Assembly (NCBI GenBank): GCA_964035545.1
Contig: OZ037772.1
Span: 1,364,001 to 1,428,000 of the forward strand
Source of the DNA: Bugula neritina
Lineage: Eukaryota > Animalia > Bryozoa
Length of the DNA: 64,000 nucleotides
Direction of reading: 5' to 3'
The translations under genes and the position numbers were made by a program. The notes beneath the pieces are model-generated. The model worked only from the letters and a program-made list of their open reading frames with translations, did no database searches and was not told the origin of the DNA. This document shows positions 1 to 14,170 of this stretch, in pieces; the stretch's first letter is position 1; every line of letters begins with the position of its first letter.

Positions 1-216
1 TTTTAAAAAATTTCTGAAACTGCTCATATGTGTACCTATGCCAAAATATTAATCTCAGAAAAAATGAAACTTATACTAGTAGTAGTTTTCACTCAAACCA
101 TACATCTCTACTTATTTTATGGGCCTTCTATATATCATTGAGACTGCTCCTAATACCTGTAGGGGGAGACAACTTTAAAATACAAATTCCTCTGGAGGGA
201 TGTCTGAAACCCCTCT

Positions 217-2273
217 ATTGTGTCGAGTTTTATTCTCTTCTCTAGTGCGTTTTTTCTCGAGGACAACTTGAGTGGCTATCCCTGCGTGGTCCCATTCGGG
301 TACAAACAGTGTCACCTTCCCATTCATCCGGTGCCTGACAATACAACAGAACTGACACCTGCAGACACCTGACAACACAAGCATATCAGACACCTGTAGA
401 TATTCTGGAAAGGTGCTGAGAGAAATATCTGTGGTTGAAACAACATCAATATAATAGATGAATGACTTATGCCAACCGATACTTAACACAAATTTTCTCA
501 GCATTTAAAAAAGAATTAACAGGGGGATGTTCATAGCCTGTCTGTGGAATATCTCAAAGTGAGTTGGCAAGATGCCGAAATGTCATGTAGTCCCCACCAG
601 AGGAATGGTGTCTACTGTTACATGCTATAAGCTACGTACACCACCAGTTTAGTGACTAGGTAAGTACGGAGTTGTCTCATCTATATGAATGAACATCTCA
701 CCACCGAACTATCGCATCCTCAACCGCCCCCGTGAGGGCATGTCCTAGGTGAAGAGTCCCAGTCACATTAGGGGGAGGGATCATGATGATAAACTTCTCT
801 TCAGGTGTGAGTTTCAGCACATCTCTACCTGTTACAAAGCAACCAATCACATCTTTCTCGGTTACAAAGTAAAAAGCAACCAATCACAGTACCTGTTACA
901 ACAGAGTAACAAATCACACCTCTACGTGTTAGAAGTAACCAATCGCACATTATAGACTTTACTAGGATGAGAAGTGTACCTTTGAGGTTATACTCAGGTT
1001 TTGAAGAATCCTTCCTTCTCCCACCAAGAGTACCAGGCAGCTTCCACATAGGACGGGGAGCAAGAATCAGGCATGGGACACGTCGTGTCTAGAATAACAG
1101 AAAACTATAAAGTATAGGGGAGCAGCTGTGGTCTAGGGGTTAGAGCGTTTGTCTAGTGAACATGAAGCCATTGTTTGACAAAGGCCATTGGTGACGTTAG
1201 AAAGAGCATCTAGTCATAATTGCTCCTGTGCCACATCTAAATAAGTCCTTAGCCTGTTTTAACAAAAATCCCTTTCCACCAGGAGTCTCTCACAAGGTTG
1301 GTGACTATACACTGATATCTAGATTTACTAAGTTTTTCAATTATCACTTTTATGCTGTCAACTTAATTTATTACGTTTTCAAAGGGCATCAAATAGTGAT
1401 TAAGCGAGTTATATTTGAGTATTGCAGAGTGAGCTTCCTTATCAATATGATATCAACAACTTTAAGTAAGACTATAGAGGGGCGGGAAACACTGAACTCC
1501 TTTTAGTAAAGATAGAAACGCAACTTCAGTTTAAACTGCTTACACACATAACTGTGTGTTCACTACCGAGCAGTGTACACTGATAAATCAGTGCTTCAAC
1601 TGAAACTTGGAAATAAAGGAATGAAGAGCTCAATTGAGTATAAAATGTAGAGAATAATTGAACTGAACCTTTCTTATGGCCAACTGGTGTGTCCACGTTA
1701 TACGTTACTACAGCCTTCTCCTCTTTCTCTTTCACTTTTTTCTAGAAAAAAAAAAATCAAATTTGAAGAAAATAAAATGGAAATTGTTAGCTACAGATAC
1801 AGACAACTTCCAGGTAAAAGTACAGCCATACAGTCGCAATACGAATATGTAATTCAAGTAACACTTTCATGTAGAAGTACAACCATAAATACGAATAGAA
1901 AGTAACACAAGTATATACATTTAAAAGCCGTAGTGTAGAAATCGAGATAGCCTATGTTCTTTAATCTTATCAAATTTTGGTTTGGGGTCCGGCTTGATAT
2001 TCTAACAAGAACACAACTTCTCATGCTACATTTCTAATCTAGAACACAGGCTTTTCTCAATTTCTCCATTACTGCACCTACCTTAGTATATATATAACTT
2101 GTAACTAACTAAACAGACACCTCAGTAGTCGTGGCAGACTCTGCCTTCTGTTTAGCCTGCTTAGCTTGAAACTTGGCTAGTTTAGCAGCTTTAGCAGCTT
2201 CTTTCTTCAACTCTTTCTCAGATTTCACCTTGACCTCGCCAGTTGGCGCATCACCAGAGTTCACTTCCGACAT
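217..2273 (-). pseudogene. VARS1: Valyl-tRNA synthetase (cytosolic type), copy A: 5' exons only, frameshifted and interrupted
   Basis: GT-AG exons 2273-2121 (MSEVNSG..KELKKEAAKAAKLAKF), 1741-1669, 1088-980 ([24 protein letters not shown]), 828-702 ([20 protein letters not shown]-type motif) and 334-~217 (DHAGIATQ). The third exon is 109 nt vs 108 nt in copy B (extra base at ~999-1002). PGCDH is changed to PEWDH. Homology to copy B stops mid-exon at ~217. Confidence 0.9.
1116..1260 (+). mobile_element. Possible tRNA-derived SINE remnant in a VARS intron (also at ~63699-63840)
   Basis: GGGGAGCAGCTGTGGTCTAGGGGTTAGAGCG resembles a tRNA 5' end/A-box; no clear B-box; present in both VARS copies. 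Confidence 0.35.
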
Positions 2274-3257
2274 GTCTGTTTATTGTGAGACTTTCCTTAA
2301 AACACAATCAGCCGGCATGGAACTAATAGATATCTCAATACTAAACATAAAAACTACTGACCCAGTATAGTTATAGACAGATATCTTAATACTAATAATA
2401 TAAACTAATGGCTCAGTATTGCCTTAGTTATGCGTGGGAGTTCAGTGATAAAACTCCTATAAACCACACAGTTCAATAATGAAAGACTGTGACTTTTCAC
2501 GAACAGACATCTCATCTCTGATTCTAATGAAAAATCACGAAATTTTCAGACAAACGATACTGCATTTCAACTTTATAACTATCACATGATAATAATCATT
2601 GTCATTTGAAAGATTCTGCTAAAATCGAAATGCCAATGTTAATCACAAGGTCAACCATAAATGACTCAGTCTGATGACTGACAATTATGCTTAATGATTA
2701 ATTAGTAATATGAATAGATTGCAAGTGATCAGCATGATGATGGTGATGATTGCTTTTCACCATCAAAGGTCAAACTTTGTAATTGCAGCTTGAAATGTAA
2801 AAAAAAAAATAATACTACTTTTATTTAATTACACAAGTATAACTTACTATCATAACAACATTCAACTTTATGTAGTCATTATGAACATGATAACGGTTTA
2901 CCTTTTACTTTAGGTATCATTATACAATTCACGATTATCATTATGTCTACCATTATGATAATCTCAACTTTAACTTATCAATTACGATAATTAACCATTT
3001 ATTTTTAATGATAAAAACTTAAATCATTGAATGAACATTAAAAATGATTTAATTTCACACTTTTATTATCATAACTATGAAATTAATATTAATAGGCCTA
3101 TTTGATTTTTAGATTACAATAATAATTATCAAATCATGGTATAGAATTAAATATTATAGTTAATATTATTATAAATATAATTAATATAATTGTATTTATT
3201 GAAACTAAAACAGTAAGGTAAACTAAATGAATTATCGACATGAGTATGAGTATGAGT

Positions 3258-3650
3258 AGGCCACAACTAGAAAGTGCAGCAGCAATTTGAGATCCCCGTT
3301 TGCAATACCTCATCAAAGATATAGAACAGGTGCAAAATAATGCAATCAGATTCATTGCTAAATTGAAAGGCAGAGACAGTATCACTGTGGCACGTGACAA
3401 ACTAAACCTAGAATCTCTCCCCGACAGACGCTTCAAGCTGAGGCACAAGTTACTGTTGCGACTTCTATCTAATGAGGGAAATCAGGCATCTCTAACCAAC
3501 TCCTATGAGCTGATGAACAGTAAAACCTAAAATACTAGGTTTACTAAGACATCAAGCAGGGACGATCCCCCAACCATTTTTGCAAAATCAGCAGCCTACT
3601 ACAGCAGCTTCTTTCCAAAAACAGCCCGAGAGCTTAAGTCTATGCTAAAT
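3258..3650 (+). mobile_element. 3' fragment of a non-LTR retrotransposon (L2/CR1-like ORF2 C-terminus), decayed
   Basis: Translation RPQLESAAAI*DP..IKDIEQVQNNAIRFI..LNLESLPDRR..YYSSFFPKT matches the typical LINE ORF2 tail; internal stops. Confidence 0.75.
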
Positions 3651-4660
3651 AATTAGTCAATACACCAGAGTTGTATATGTGCAACAAACTGAAAATACTT
3701 GCTAGCCTGTAATCGGCAACTGCAGAGGTGTGCCTCTTGCTACATGCTCTAATGCGTGTAAGAGGTAAGAGGACTATCAATATGACTAGGAGTACCCAAG
3801 TACCAGTAGACATAGTAGCTGTAGAAAGTCTATCCCAATCAGTAACTGTAAGCCGTGAGGGCTGAGACTATCACTAGGAATATAAAAAACTATAACTTGA
3901 GTATAACTAATTGAAGGTGAGTTAACATAAATTAAAAAATAATAAATATAATTACTACAAAATCAAAATGAAATACGCATTATAAATATTTATATTTTTA
4001 TTTTAAAATAATTTTTAAATTTATTTATATCATTTTATTTAGGTTCATCACCTTTCATTATGATTAATGAAATTCATAAATCATATTCATAACGATAATG
4101 ATAATCATAATCACTTAAAAAAATGAAAAGTGATAAACCCATAATCATAATGATTATTATTATCATTTATCGCTTATCAGTGATAACCATAATCATAATG
4201 ATAATCTTGATCATAATCAATATGAATATCAATATCATGTTATACTTATTCAATAATTATAACTGATTGATTCTTATTCATATTAATAATGAATAAAAAT
4301 TATATTAACACTACAACTTACTTAATTAGAGTATTAGTATTAGTATTACTATTACTATCACTTACAACTTGCTTATGCAAGAGAATTAAAATATCTTTAA
4401 AGCGTAGCATCCTTTTCAAGCAAAATAAGGATAATAAGTTTCGTGAAATTGAGTTAAAAACTACAACTTATAAGTCACAAGTATAAAGCAACTCTTGCTC
4501 AGTCATCACTATTCCTAGTGGGTACGGCAAGCATAATATAGCATAATTTATTTTACAATGCGACAAGATTATTTAGACGGTGCGCTTACGCCTCTCATTG
4601 TACTTAAGCAATATCCAATTGTATGGTTTTCATGACTTTAAAATCCCTTTTTTGAGAAGC

Positions 4661-6273
<1,613 letters not shown>

Positions 6274-6731
6274 TGAGAAGCAAGGCTAGATAGAAGTTAA
6301 TGATCGATTATGACTCGCTAAGAGTACTCATGTAGACCCGCAAACTACAACTTTTAACTTGAACGCAAAGCTGGAAGTACGATAAGCGTCGCCGTGTTGA
6401 TTTCAGGCGAATTTTAGTTGATTTCTTTCAAACTGCTGAGAAGTAATATTTGCTTCCATTTTATGTCTGTATCAGCCGTGAGGGCTATCGCGATACAATT
6501 ATAAATGTTTTTAATTCAATCAATATTATGAAATAAATAATGTAGGAAATTCAATTTTGACTATGTAGAATAATCTCAATCTGAATAAGTATTATTTATT
6601 TATTGTAACACTTGCACTTCGTCTTACTCTTACTCTTAGTCTTAGTGATAGTCAGATAACATAGTACATACTCATACTGATAGTGATACTCAATCCCATA
6701 CTGAGTCTGATACTCATAGTCATAGTGATAG

Positions 6732-7037
6732 TGTGGTGGCTCGTGGAGCTACCAGCAACACAATACGCAAGGTTGCGTATTGACCCGGAACAATGTATTA
6801 GCCAATTAGCTAGGCTGCTTATGAGTAACAGTAGTAGCTTCGCGCTACTAGCCCAGTTGAAGATAGTGTAGTGAACTAAATAGATGTGTGTATTTTTAAC
6901 TGTTGTATAACAAACTTTATTATGTATTCTTGTATCTAAATATAATAATATCTACTCGACTTATCACGGTGAAGTCTCTCTAGTAGTGAACAGACTCTCT
7001 TGGTTACACATCGACCCTAATTCTGGAAATTATAACT
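6732..7037 (+). repeat. 5' LTR
   Basis: Starts TGTGGTGGCTCGTGG; collinear with 13866-14170; followed immediately by the PBS. Confidence 0.85.
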
Positions 7038-7038
7038 G

Positions 7039-7056
7039 TGGTGGCAGCAGTGGGAT
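7039..7056 (+). promoter_or_regulatory. Primer binding site, probably tRNA-Leu
   Basis: TGGTGGCAGCAGTGGGAT is complementary to a tRNA-Leu-type 3' end (..ATCCCACnGCTGCCACCA). Confidence 0.8.
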
Positions 7057-7070
7057 AGTGTACATCAAAG

Positions 7071-7940
7071 ATGGAGACTGAAAATGCTAGAATGCAACCA
7101 CCCCCAGTAGAAGGTGAGCGTAGAAATGATGTTAATCCTATGAATCGTGAGGGAGAAGAGGCTTATAGATATTGCTTGAAAGCTCCCACCTTTACTGGGT
7201 CAGAAGATGTCGAACAGTTTATACAAGAATTTAGAGAGGTAATGGAGATTGCTCAATGGCCGCATAGAGTGGCCCTTATCCAATTGCGGAGAGCGTTGAC
7301 GGAGCAAGCCAAGCCGTACGGAGTGGGAACGGACGTAAACGGGATACTGGCTGCGCTGCGGGCCCGTTTTGGCATCTCCGCAATAGAAGCTAGGACCAAG
7401 CTACAGAGATTGTGCCGCGCCCCGCGGACCTCGCTGCAAGAACATGCCGCGACGGTAAAGAAGCTGGCACAGATTGTGTACGGTGATCTACCAGCACAAC
7501 ACCAAGAGCGTTACACATACGACGCCTTTGTCCAGTCACTCAACGACCTGGGCCTACACCATCAGCTCCGAGCAAAAGAGATAACCAGGATAGAGGATGC
7601 CCTGAAGGCTGGAGAAGCTTACCTGTTGGCTACCCAAATGCATCGAGCACAACGGAACCCACCAGTAGTTGGAGTCAGTGCTGCCAGGGCTACAACAGGC
7701 CCCGAAGCCCCCCCCCCGCTGGAAGCCGAAGTGGACCGTATGGTAGAGATGCTGGGACAGCTGGTAACAACTCTGGCCGGCACTGGCCCCGGTCAGGCCC
7801 TGCGGTTGCCCCAAACATTTGTGGGGCCAGGCTGGAGTAGTGCTGGTCAAGACCATGGACAGCAAGGACGACCCCAATACCAGGGGGCGTTAAACTGTCA
7901 CGGCCCTCGGACTCTCTCCCTCCCCGCGGGCCGCAACTGA
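7071..7940 (+). CDS. gag: Gag (289 aa)
   Basis: Lies just after the PBS; KAPTFTGSEDVEQFI..W..L..AL..A..LRARFG capsid-like pattern. Confidence 0.85.
   Translation: METENARMQPPPVEGERRNDVNPMNREGEEAYRYCLKAPTFTGSEDVEQFIQEFREVMEIAQWPHRVALIQLRRALTEQAKPYGVGTDVNGILAALRARFGISAIEARTKLQRLCRAPRTSLQEHAATVKKLAQIVYGDLPAQHQERYTYDAFVQSLNDLGLHHQLRAKEITRIEDALKAGEAYLLATQMHRAQRNPPVVGVSAARATTGPEAPPPLEAEVDRMVEMLGQLVTTLAGTGPGQALRLPQTFVGPGWSSAGQDHGQQGRPQYQGALNCHGPRTLSLPAGRN
7889..7933 (+). promoter_or_regulatory. Putative -1 ribosomal frameshift signal (G_TTA_AAC plus stem)
   Basis: Heptamer at 7889-7895 in gag frame, 5-nt spacer, CGGCCC..GGGCCG stem; the -1 frame stays open to 8302. Confidence 0.65.
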
Positions 7941-10900
7941 AGGAGTATGGTGGGACACGCCGTCGTCTGTCCATACGGACACGACGAAACACTCCCCCCG
8001 AGTGGCAGGTACCACGCAGGACTAGCAGGCCCGCACAACGGCCGAGTACCTTCTCCCTGCCACTCGCCAACCGGTTCCACCGGTTACCTCGGGAAGAGGA
8101 GCCCGCCACTGAAATGGAGCCGGAAGGCCCAGTGGAGAGCCCCAAACCCCGCCGGCACCAACCTCGCCGCCGGAAACCCCAAAAATCACGGGTGAAACCC
8201 CCGCCGTCCTACCTATCTAGGACCGCACACGCGGGAAGGGGGGGGGGTGAAAGTACAACCACATGGAGAGAGCTATTTCCTACCCGGAAAGGTGGCGGGT
8301 AATGCCGTCACCTTCCTGCTCGACTCCGGTTGTACTACCAACCTTCTCAGTCGTAGAGTCTTTGAGGCACTGCCCCGCCGGGACAGGGATAGAGTACGAC
8401 CGTATACGGGAGAACATGGCACCCTGGCAGACGGGTCATGTATTCCCTTCTACAGTATTATCGAGCTCCCTGGGCGTGTCCGAGACCAAGCTGTACAGGA
8501 GACCTTTGTCATAAGCCAACTGGAGGAAGATGCTATCCTCGGAATGCCCTTCTTAAAGCAACACCAGTGCCGAATAGACTTTAGCAAGTTGGTGGTGCTG
8601 ATGGGCGGGCGAGAACTCGCCTGTGTGGATAAGTTTGGGCGTCCTCTGGTGGGCGGTGTTCAGGTAGTTCGAAACTGCACCGTGCCCGGACGCTCCAGAG
8701 CTACCATCCACTGCCGAGTGAACAGCAACCGGATAGCCAGGCTCGGGGTCGTTGAAGGCGCGCACGAAAGGATCCAACTCGCCAGTAGTTTAAACCGACT
8801 AACTGAGCGAGGGGAGGTCTTAGTGCAGTGTGTCAACCCCTTTACCGAGCCCATTGAGCTCCCAGCTGGGTCAATGCTGGGCCGGTTCCACTCCGTCCAG
8901 GAAGAGGACGTGGGCCCGTCGCTAGGTGACGCGACGGAGGCACCCCCTCGATACTCTATTCAGGGGCGAGGGGCAGTCCCAACACATCTCCGGGAGTTAT
9001 ATGAAACGGCCTGTGGCGGCTGCGCAAGCAACAAGGAACGCCAAGCTATGACGAAGTTGCTACGCGACTACGGTGATGTGTTCAGCAGCAGAGATCATGA
9101 CGTGGGGCTGACTGGAGTCGTCAGACACGAAATACCGCTGACTGCAGGGACAGTCCCTGTCCGGCAGCCCACACGCAGGCTGGGGCCGGAGAAAGAGAAG
9201 GAGGTTAGCCGACAAGTACGGGATCTTCTGGACCGCGGCCTCATAGAGCCCGCTTATAGTGCGTAGAGCTCACCGGTCGTACTGGTCCGGAAGAAAGACG
9301 GCAGTTGGCGGTTCTGTGTGGATTACCGCAAACTCAATTACGTAACCATACAGGACGCCTACCCTCTACCTCGTATTGACGAGTCATTGGACGCCCTAGC
9401 CGGCAGCAAGTACTTCAGTACGTTAGACTTGCTGAGTGGCTATTGGCAAGTCCCTCTGAGTCCCGACGCCCAGGAGAAAGCGGCGTTTATCACACGGGGC
9501 GGGTTGTGGAAGTGGAAGGTGCTGCCCTTCGGGTTGACCTCCGCCCCAGCCACCTTCCAGAGGCTGATGGAGCAAGTCCTTAGCGGGCTCTATTGGAAGA
9601 CACTGCTGGTCTACCTCGATGATGTCATCGTGATCTCCCCAGACTTCGAGACGCATGTCAGTCGTCTGCAGGAGGTCTTTGAGAGACTCCGAGGTGCCGG
9701 TCTTAAGCTCAAACCTTCCAACCTTCAAACCTATTGCAGCCAGAGGTTAAGTACCTGGGGCACGTTGTCGGTCGAAACGGCGTGGCAACGGATCCCGAGA
9801 AGGTACGGGCAATAGAAGACTGGGTCACCCCCCAAGACTTGACCGGACTCCGGGCTTTCTTGGGGCTGGTAGGGTATTACAGGCAATACATACCAGACTT
9901 TGCGGGCATAGCACAGCCAATAAATCGGCTCACCGCAAAGGAAGTGACGTGGCAGTGGACCCCAGTCGAACAAGGAGCGTTCGACCGCCTCAAGGGCTGC
10001 CTACTAACGGCGCCCATCTTGGCCTACTCAGACCCCACTCTGGAGTACATCCTCGACACTGACGCCAGTGACCAAAATGTTGGCGCTGTGCTGTCACAAG
10101 TGCAGGAAGGCCGAGAGGTAGTAGTAGCCTACTACAGCAAGTCTCTCTCACCCGCTGAACGAAACTACTGCACTACCCGCAAGGAGCTGCTGGCAGTAAT
10201 CAAGTCAGTGAAGCACTTCAGACCATACCTATACGGCAGGAAGTTCCGGCTGCGTACGGATCATGCTTCGCTGATCTGGTTGTGCAAGAGAGCAGAGCCC
10301 TCTAGTCAGGTCGCCCGATGGCTCGAAATCCTAGCTGAATTCTCGTACCGGATCGAACACCGACCGGGCAAGAGACACAGCAATGCGGATGGTTTGAGCC
10401 GCCGACCTGATGGAGGTTGCAAACAGTGTCTCAACATCGAGAGGAGGGATGGAGGTCCCCCGCGATGCGAGTTGGAGACGCTGGCTCATCACGGAGCACC
10501 GTTTGACTGGGACCAGGGTCAACTCGGGCAAAGAGTTGATGAGTCCCCGGAGGATGTACAAAACCTCTGCGCCAACCCTGTACTGGCCGGTAATGTTCGA
10601 GAGCTGAAGAAGCTCCAAGAAGAGCTGCCTGGAGTCGTGGCAGACATATACCGGGCCAAAAGGGAAGGGCGACGACCCAGCGAGGAACGCATACGACAGG
10701 GATGCGCCGAGTTCCGGCTATACTGTCAGCGTTGGGACTCGCTGCGGATCGGGCAGGATGGGTTACTAACCATCTCTCTAGCTGCCAGCGGCAGACACCC
10801 GGAAAGGAAGAGGGTAGTCTGCCCCACGGCCATCCGCCGTGAGTTGATTTGGGATACTCACAAACAGGCCCACGCATGGGTCAAGAGAGTGATGTCCAAA

Positions 10901-12473
10901 TTACGACTCCGGTGGTATTGGCCACAAATGGAGCGTGACGTCCGGCTCAGAGTCAAACAGTGTGAGATCTGCCAGGCCAGTAAGCATAGCCGCCCCCCTG
11001 GTGAAGCAGGACGGCGGAGGCTATATGCTGGTAGGCCCTGGCAAGTAGTCGCTGTAGACCTGGTCGGACCCATGCCCCTGACCCCCAGAGGCAATAATTG
11101 GATCCTAGTACTAACCGACCACTTTACTCGGTAGGCGGATGCTCTGGCTATCCCAGATGCGTCAGCCCCAACAGTGGCCAGGGCACTAGACCAACATGTA
11201 TTCTGTTATTTTGGGCTCCCCGAACAGATACACTCTGATCAAGGCGCTCAATTCCAGTCTCAACTGATGAGCGACCTTTGTCACCTCTGGGGAGTAAATC
11301 AGATCAGGGCCACCCCCTACCACCCTCAGGGTAACGGGGTGGTGGAGCGCAACAACCGGATGCTAGGTGATGCACTCCGGAGTCTCCTCCTTGGACGAGG
11401 TCAAGAGGAATGGGATACGGTGTTGCCGCAAGTCATGCGCGCATACCGTAGCACCCCACACACCAGTACTGGTGAGACCCCAAACCTCTTGATGCTTGGG
11501 AGAGAGACTCGTGTCCCTGACCATCTCACCTATCACGTTCCAGAGCAAGACAACTCGGTTCACGAGTATGCCAGTGAACTAGTGGACCGGATGAAGGCCG
11601 CACACGATATACTGCGCCAACAGCAGTGGAAGGTGCGACACGAAGATTCCGATGAACCACCTCTCTATCAAATGAGAGATAAGGTGTGGATGGTCAATTA
11701 CTGTAGGCGTCGCGGACAGGCTGATAAACTGAAGCCTAAGTTCGTAGGCCCCTACGTGGTCGTCGAGGCTATGCCCAATCATACGTACAAGATTGAGCGC
11801 TCAGGACAGGTGTCTATCCAGAATGAGTCTCGCTTGAAACCGTATTGGGCTAGCCCCGACGGAGTGGGAGAAGCCCCCCCCGTTGTTAGAACCCAGGAGG
11901 CAGACAACAACGCGCGGGCGACGGCGGCATGGACCTGAATACGAAGTGGTCATACCGCGGGAAGAAAACTTGGTGAGAGAGGAGCGGCAGCTTCTACCAA
12001 CAGAAGCGTGTCCGCCACCGCCAAGTCTAATTCCATCATTTCCAGAAACCGAGCCGGTTCCGGAAGTGCAAACCCCCACGGAGGGAGGGGCTCCATCCAG
12101 AGAACAAGAAGAGGTGACCGCTAACGGTGAAGTAGAGACGCCATTAGAGGCCCCTACTAACGAACCGGCAAGCGTGTCACCCCCCCTAGAAAGAGGACAG
12201 CGTACGAGGCAACCCCCCGCATACTTGAAGGACTTCATATGCGACTGCGTTAAAAGCGGCGTGTATGAAAGTCTAGGGGAAAACCGTACGAGAAAAGTAT
12301 TGAGCAAATGTTGGAGTTGTCAACACCACGGAAATATCAACTTTTGTATCGGCGGAAATAGAAACAAAATTCATCCGCCGGGTGCACAAAGTCTTAATCA
12401 CGCACCCCAACCACGTTGCTCGATCTTTTTATACGCTGATGCAGTCAGGAGTAGACGTGTTTCTAAGCAGTAG
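7889..12473 (+). pseudogene. pol: Pol (protease, RT, RNase H, integrase), disrupted
   Basis: FLLDSG protease; YLDD RT; DTDAS RNase H; H..H..C..C then AVDLV/HSDQG/VER integrase. Lesions: G-run frameshift ~8238-8247, TAG 9264-9266, frameshift ~9720, TAG 11132-11134, probable C-run frameshift ~11875. Confidence 0.92.
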
Positions 12474-12497
12474 TTCAAACCATTTCACACATTCAGT

Positions 12498-13575
12498 ATG
12501 TCTTACGACAACAGATCGTGGGGTGAGTTAACTATATCTTAATACGAAACTAGATTGCATCGCTCAGCTCTGACTCACTGAGTCAATGGAGCTGGAGATA
12601 GGTTAGTGAAATACCGTAGTAAGAACTCAGTTTGACTTAGAGATTTTTATAATCTCATTGCAATACGTGTTCTATCTGACTATTCACTACCATAAATCTC
12701 TACGAGGTAACTGAATTAGGAGTTGCCAAGCTGTTCAAGCTGACAACACGGCAGTGTACTGTATTAACACTGTTGAAACTTTTTCAGATTACACTCGACC
12801 CGCTACAACCAGGGTACGGGATAGAACACTTCCCGCTCCGTATCCGGAGGATTATGCTAGTGGTGACCGGCCTGAGCCACTACGCCGGCGTTGGCGGTGG
12901 GTGTCTCCACAAACAGAAGAAGAAATAGAAACGGCCTGGGGGTCCAGAGGACGGACGAGATGCCAGATCTGTGGTGAAGATTGCGCCTCTCACCGCTCCC
13001 TTAAACTACACGTCAATGCTCATCTCCTACTAACATTCTGCCCCTGCGGGTACAATGATGTGTATCCCTACCCCGTCACCAGACACCGAGCGACAGGCTG
13101 TTTCCCTGGAGAAAACTACGTGGTCGACGCTAAGCTATACCCGGAGTTCCTCACACTTATACGACCTCTGGTGAAGAAGGCCATGCTGTTAGCCGTTCTG
13201 TCCTCGGGGTTCCAACGTGTGTTAGACAACGCCCGCCAACAATCTCCGTTGGTGTCTGACCGCCCTCAAATTACATACACCCCCGAGGAAATTACATATC
13301 CAGAGGAAGGAGAGATCCCCCCTACCCCGACGAAGAGACGAACCAGGTCCCCCAGTCCACCCTTGCGCCGCAGACGGACACCGTCCCCAGACCCAGTCCG
13401 CCTAGCCACAGTAGAAGAACGCCTCCTGCGATTACAAGAAGAATTCACCCAGCTGGCACCAGATCTACTTAACACTACAACAGGACTCTTCCAGCTAAAG
13501 GGATCCGTATGCCGTATGAAACGGAAACTGCGTACATGCCAAGCCAAGCACCGGCGTGCCCAACAAGGACTCTAG
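12498..13575 (+). CDS. Accessory ORF3 of the Gypsy element, predicted spliced (12498-12522 + 12788-13575, ~270 aa): C2H2-like zinc finger, Arg/Ser/Pro-rich tract, coiled coil
   Basis: ATG..TGG G|GTGAGT donor and TTTTCAG|AT acceptor join in frame (MSYDNRSWDYTRP..); CQICGEDCASHRSLKLHVNAH; KRRTRSPSPPLRRRRTPSP. Confidence 0.7.
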
Positions 13576-13865
13576 TTGGCTACCCAGAATACTCCGCAAC
13601 TTCACATCCTTGGAGAAACCAAGATGTCATGCAAATGTTTAACTGCTTAACAGGTTATCCCCTGTCTAACACCACAGCTAGCTAGTATTCCTCGTCTATC
13701 TACAGCTGGCCAATTGTATGCAACGGATCGTTATGATGACTCTGTCTATTATTATGTCTCTTCCTGTATATTATGTGTTATTTTTGTCCACTGATGTATG
13801 CGGTTACTAATGAATGTTTTTTTTATATATATATCAGAAAGATGGCTTTCTGCTGGTGGGGGCGG

Positions 13866-14170
13866 TGTGGTGGTTCGTGGAACTACCAGCAGCACAACAT
13901 GTAGGGTCGCGTAATTGACCCGGAACAATGGATAGCCAATTAGCGTAGTTGATAGTTAGCAGCAATTGTAGTTTCCCGCTGTTAACTCAGTCGAAGCTAG
14001 AGTGTGAAATAGATTAGATGTGTAACTTGTTTGAATATAATGTATCGTTTTTATAATGTATAATTTTGTGTAAAATATACTCGTTCACTCGACTTATCCT
14101 GGTGCAGTTCTATAGCAAAGAAATGGACTCTCTGGATAGCACATCAACCCTAAATCTGAAAAACATAACA
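13866..14170 (+). repeat. 3' LTR
   Basis: TGTGGTGGTTCGTGG...CATAACA, preceded by GGTGGGGGCGG (PPT). Confidence 0.85.

Larger units (their letters stand above)
6732..14170 (+). mobile_element. Gypsy/Ty3 LTR retrotransposon, full length, mildly disabled
   Basis: LTRs 6732-7037 and 13866-14170; PBS; G-rich PPT before the 3' LTR; domain order gag, PR, RT, RH, IN. Confidence 0.95.

Noticed and set aside
9264-11134. Two TGG>TAG stops in pol as deaminase hypermutation or programmed readthrough
   Set aside because: Only two events, both at conserved Trp positions; too few to infer a process without a family consensus.
7554-13547. Numerous antisense and alternate-frame ORFs within the Gypsy element
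   Set aside because: Expected shadows of GC-rich coding sequence; no motifs.
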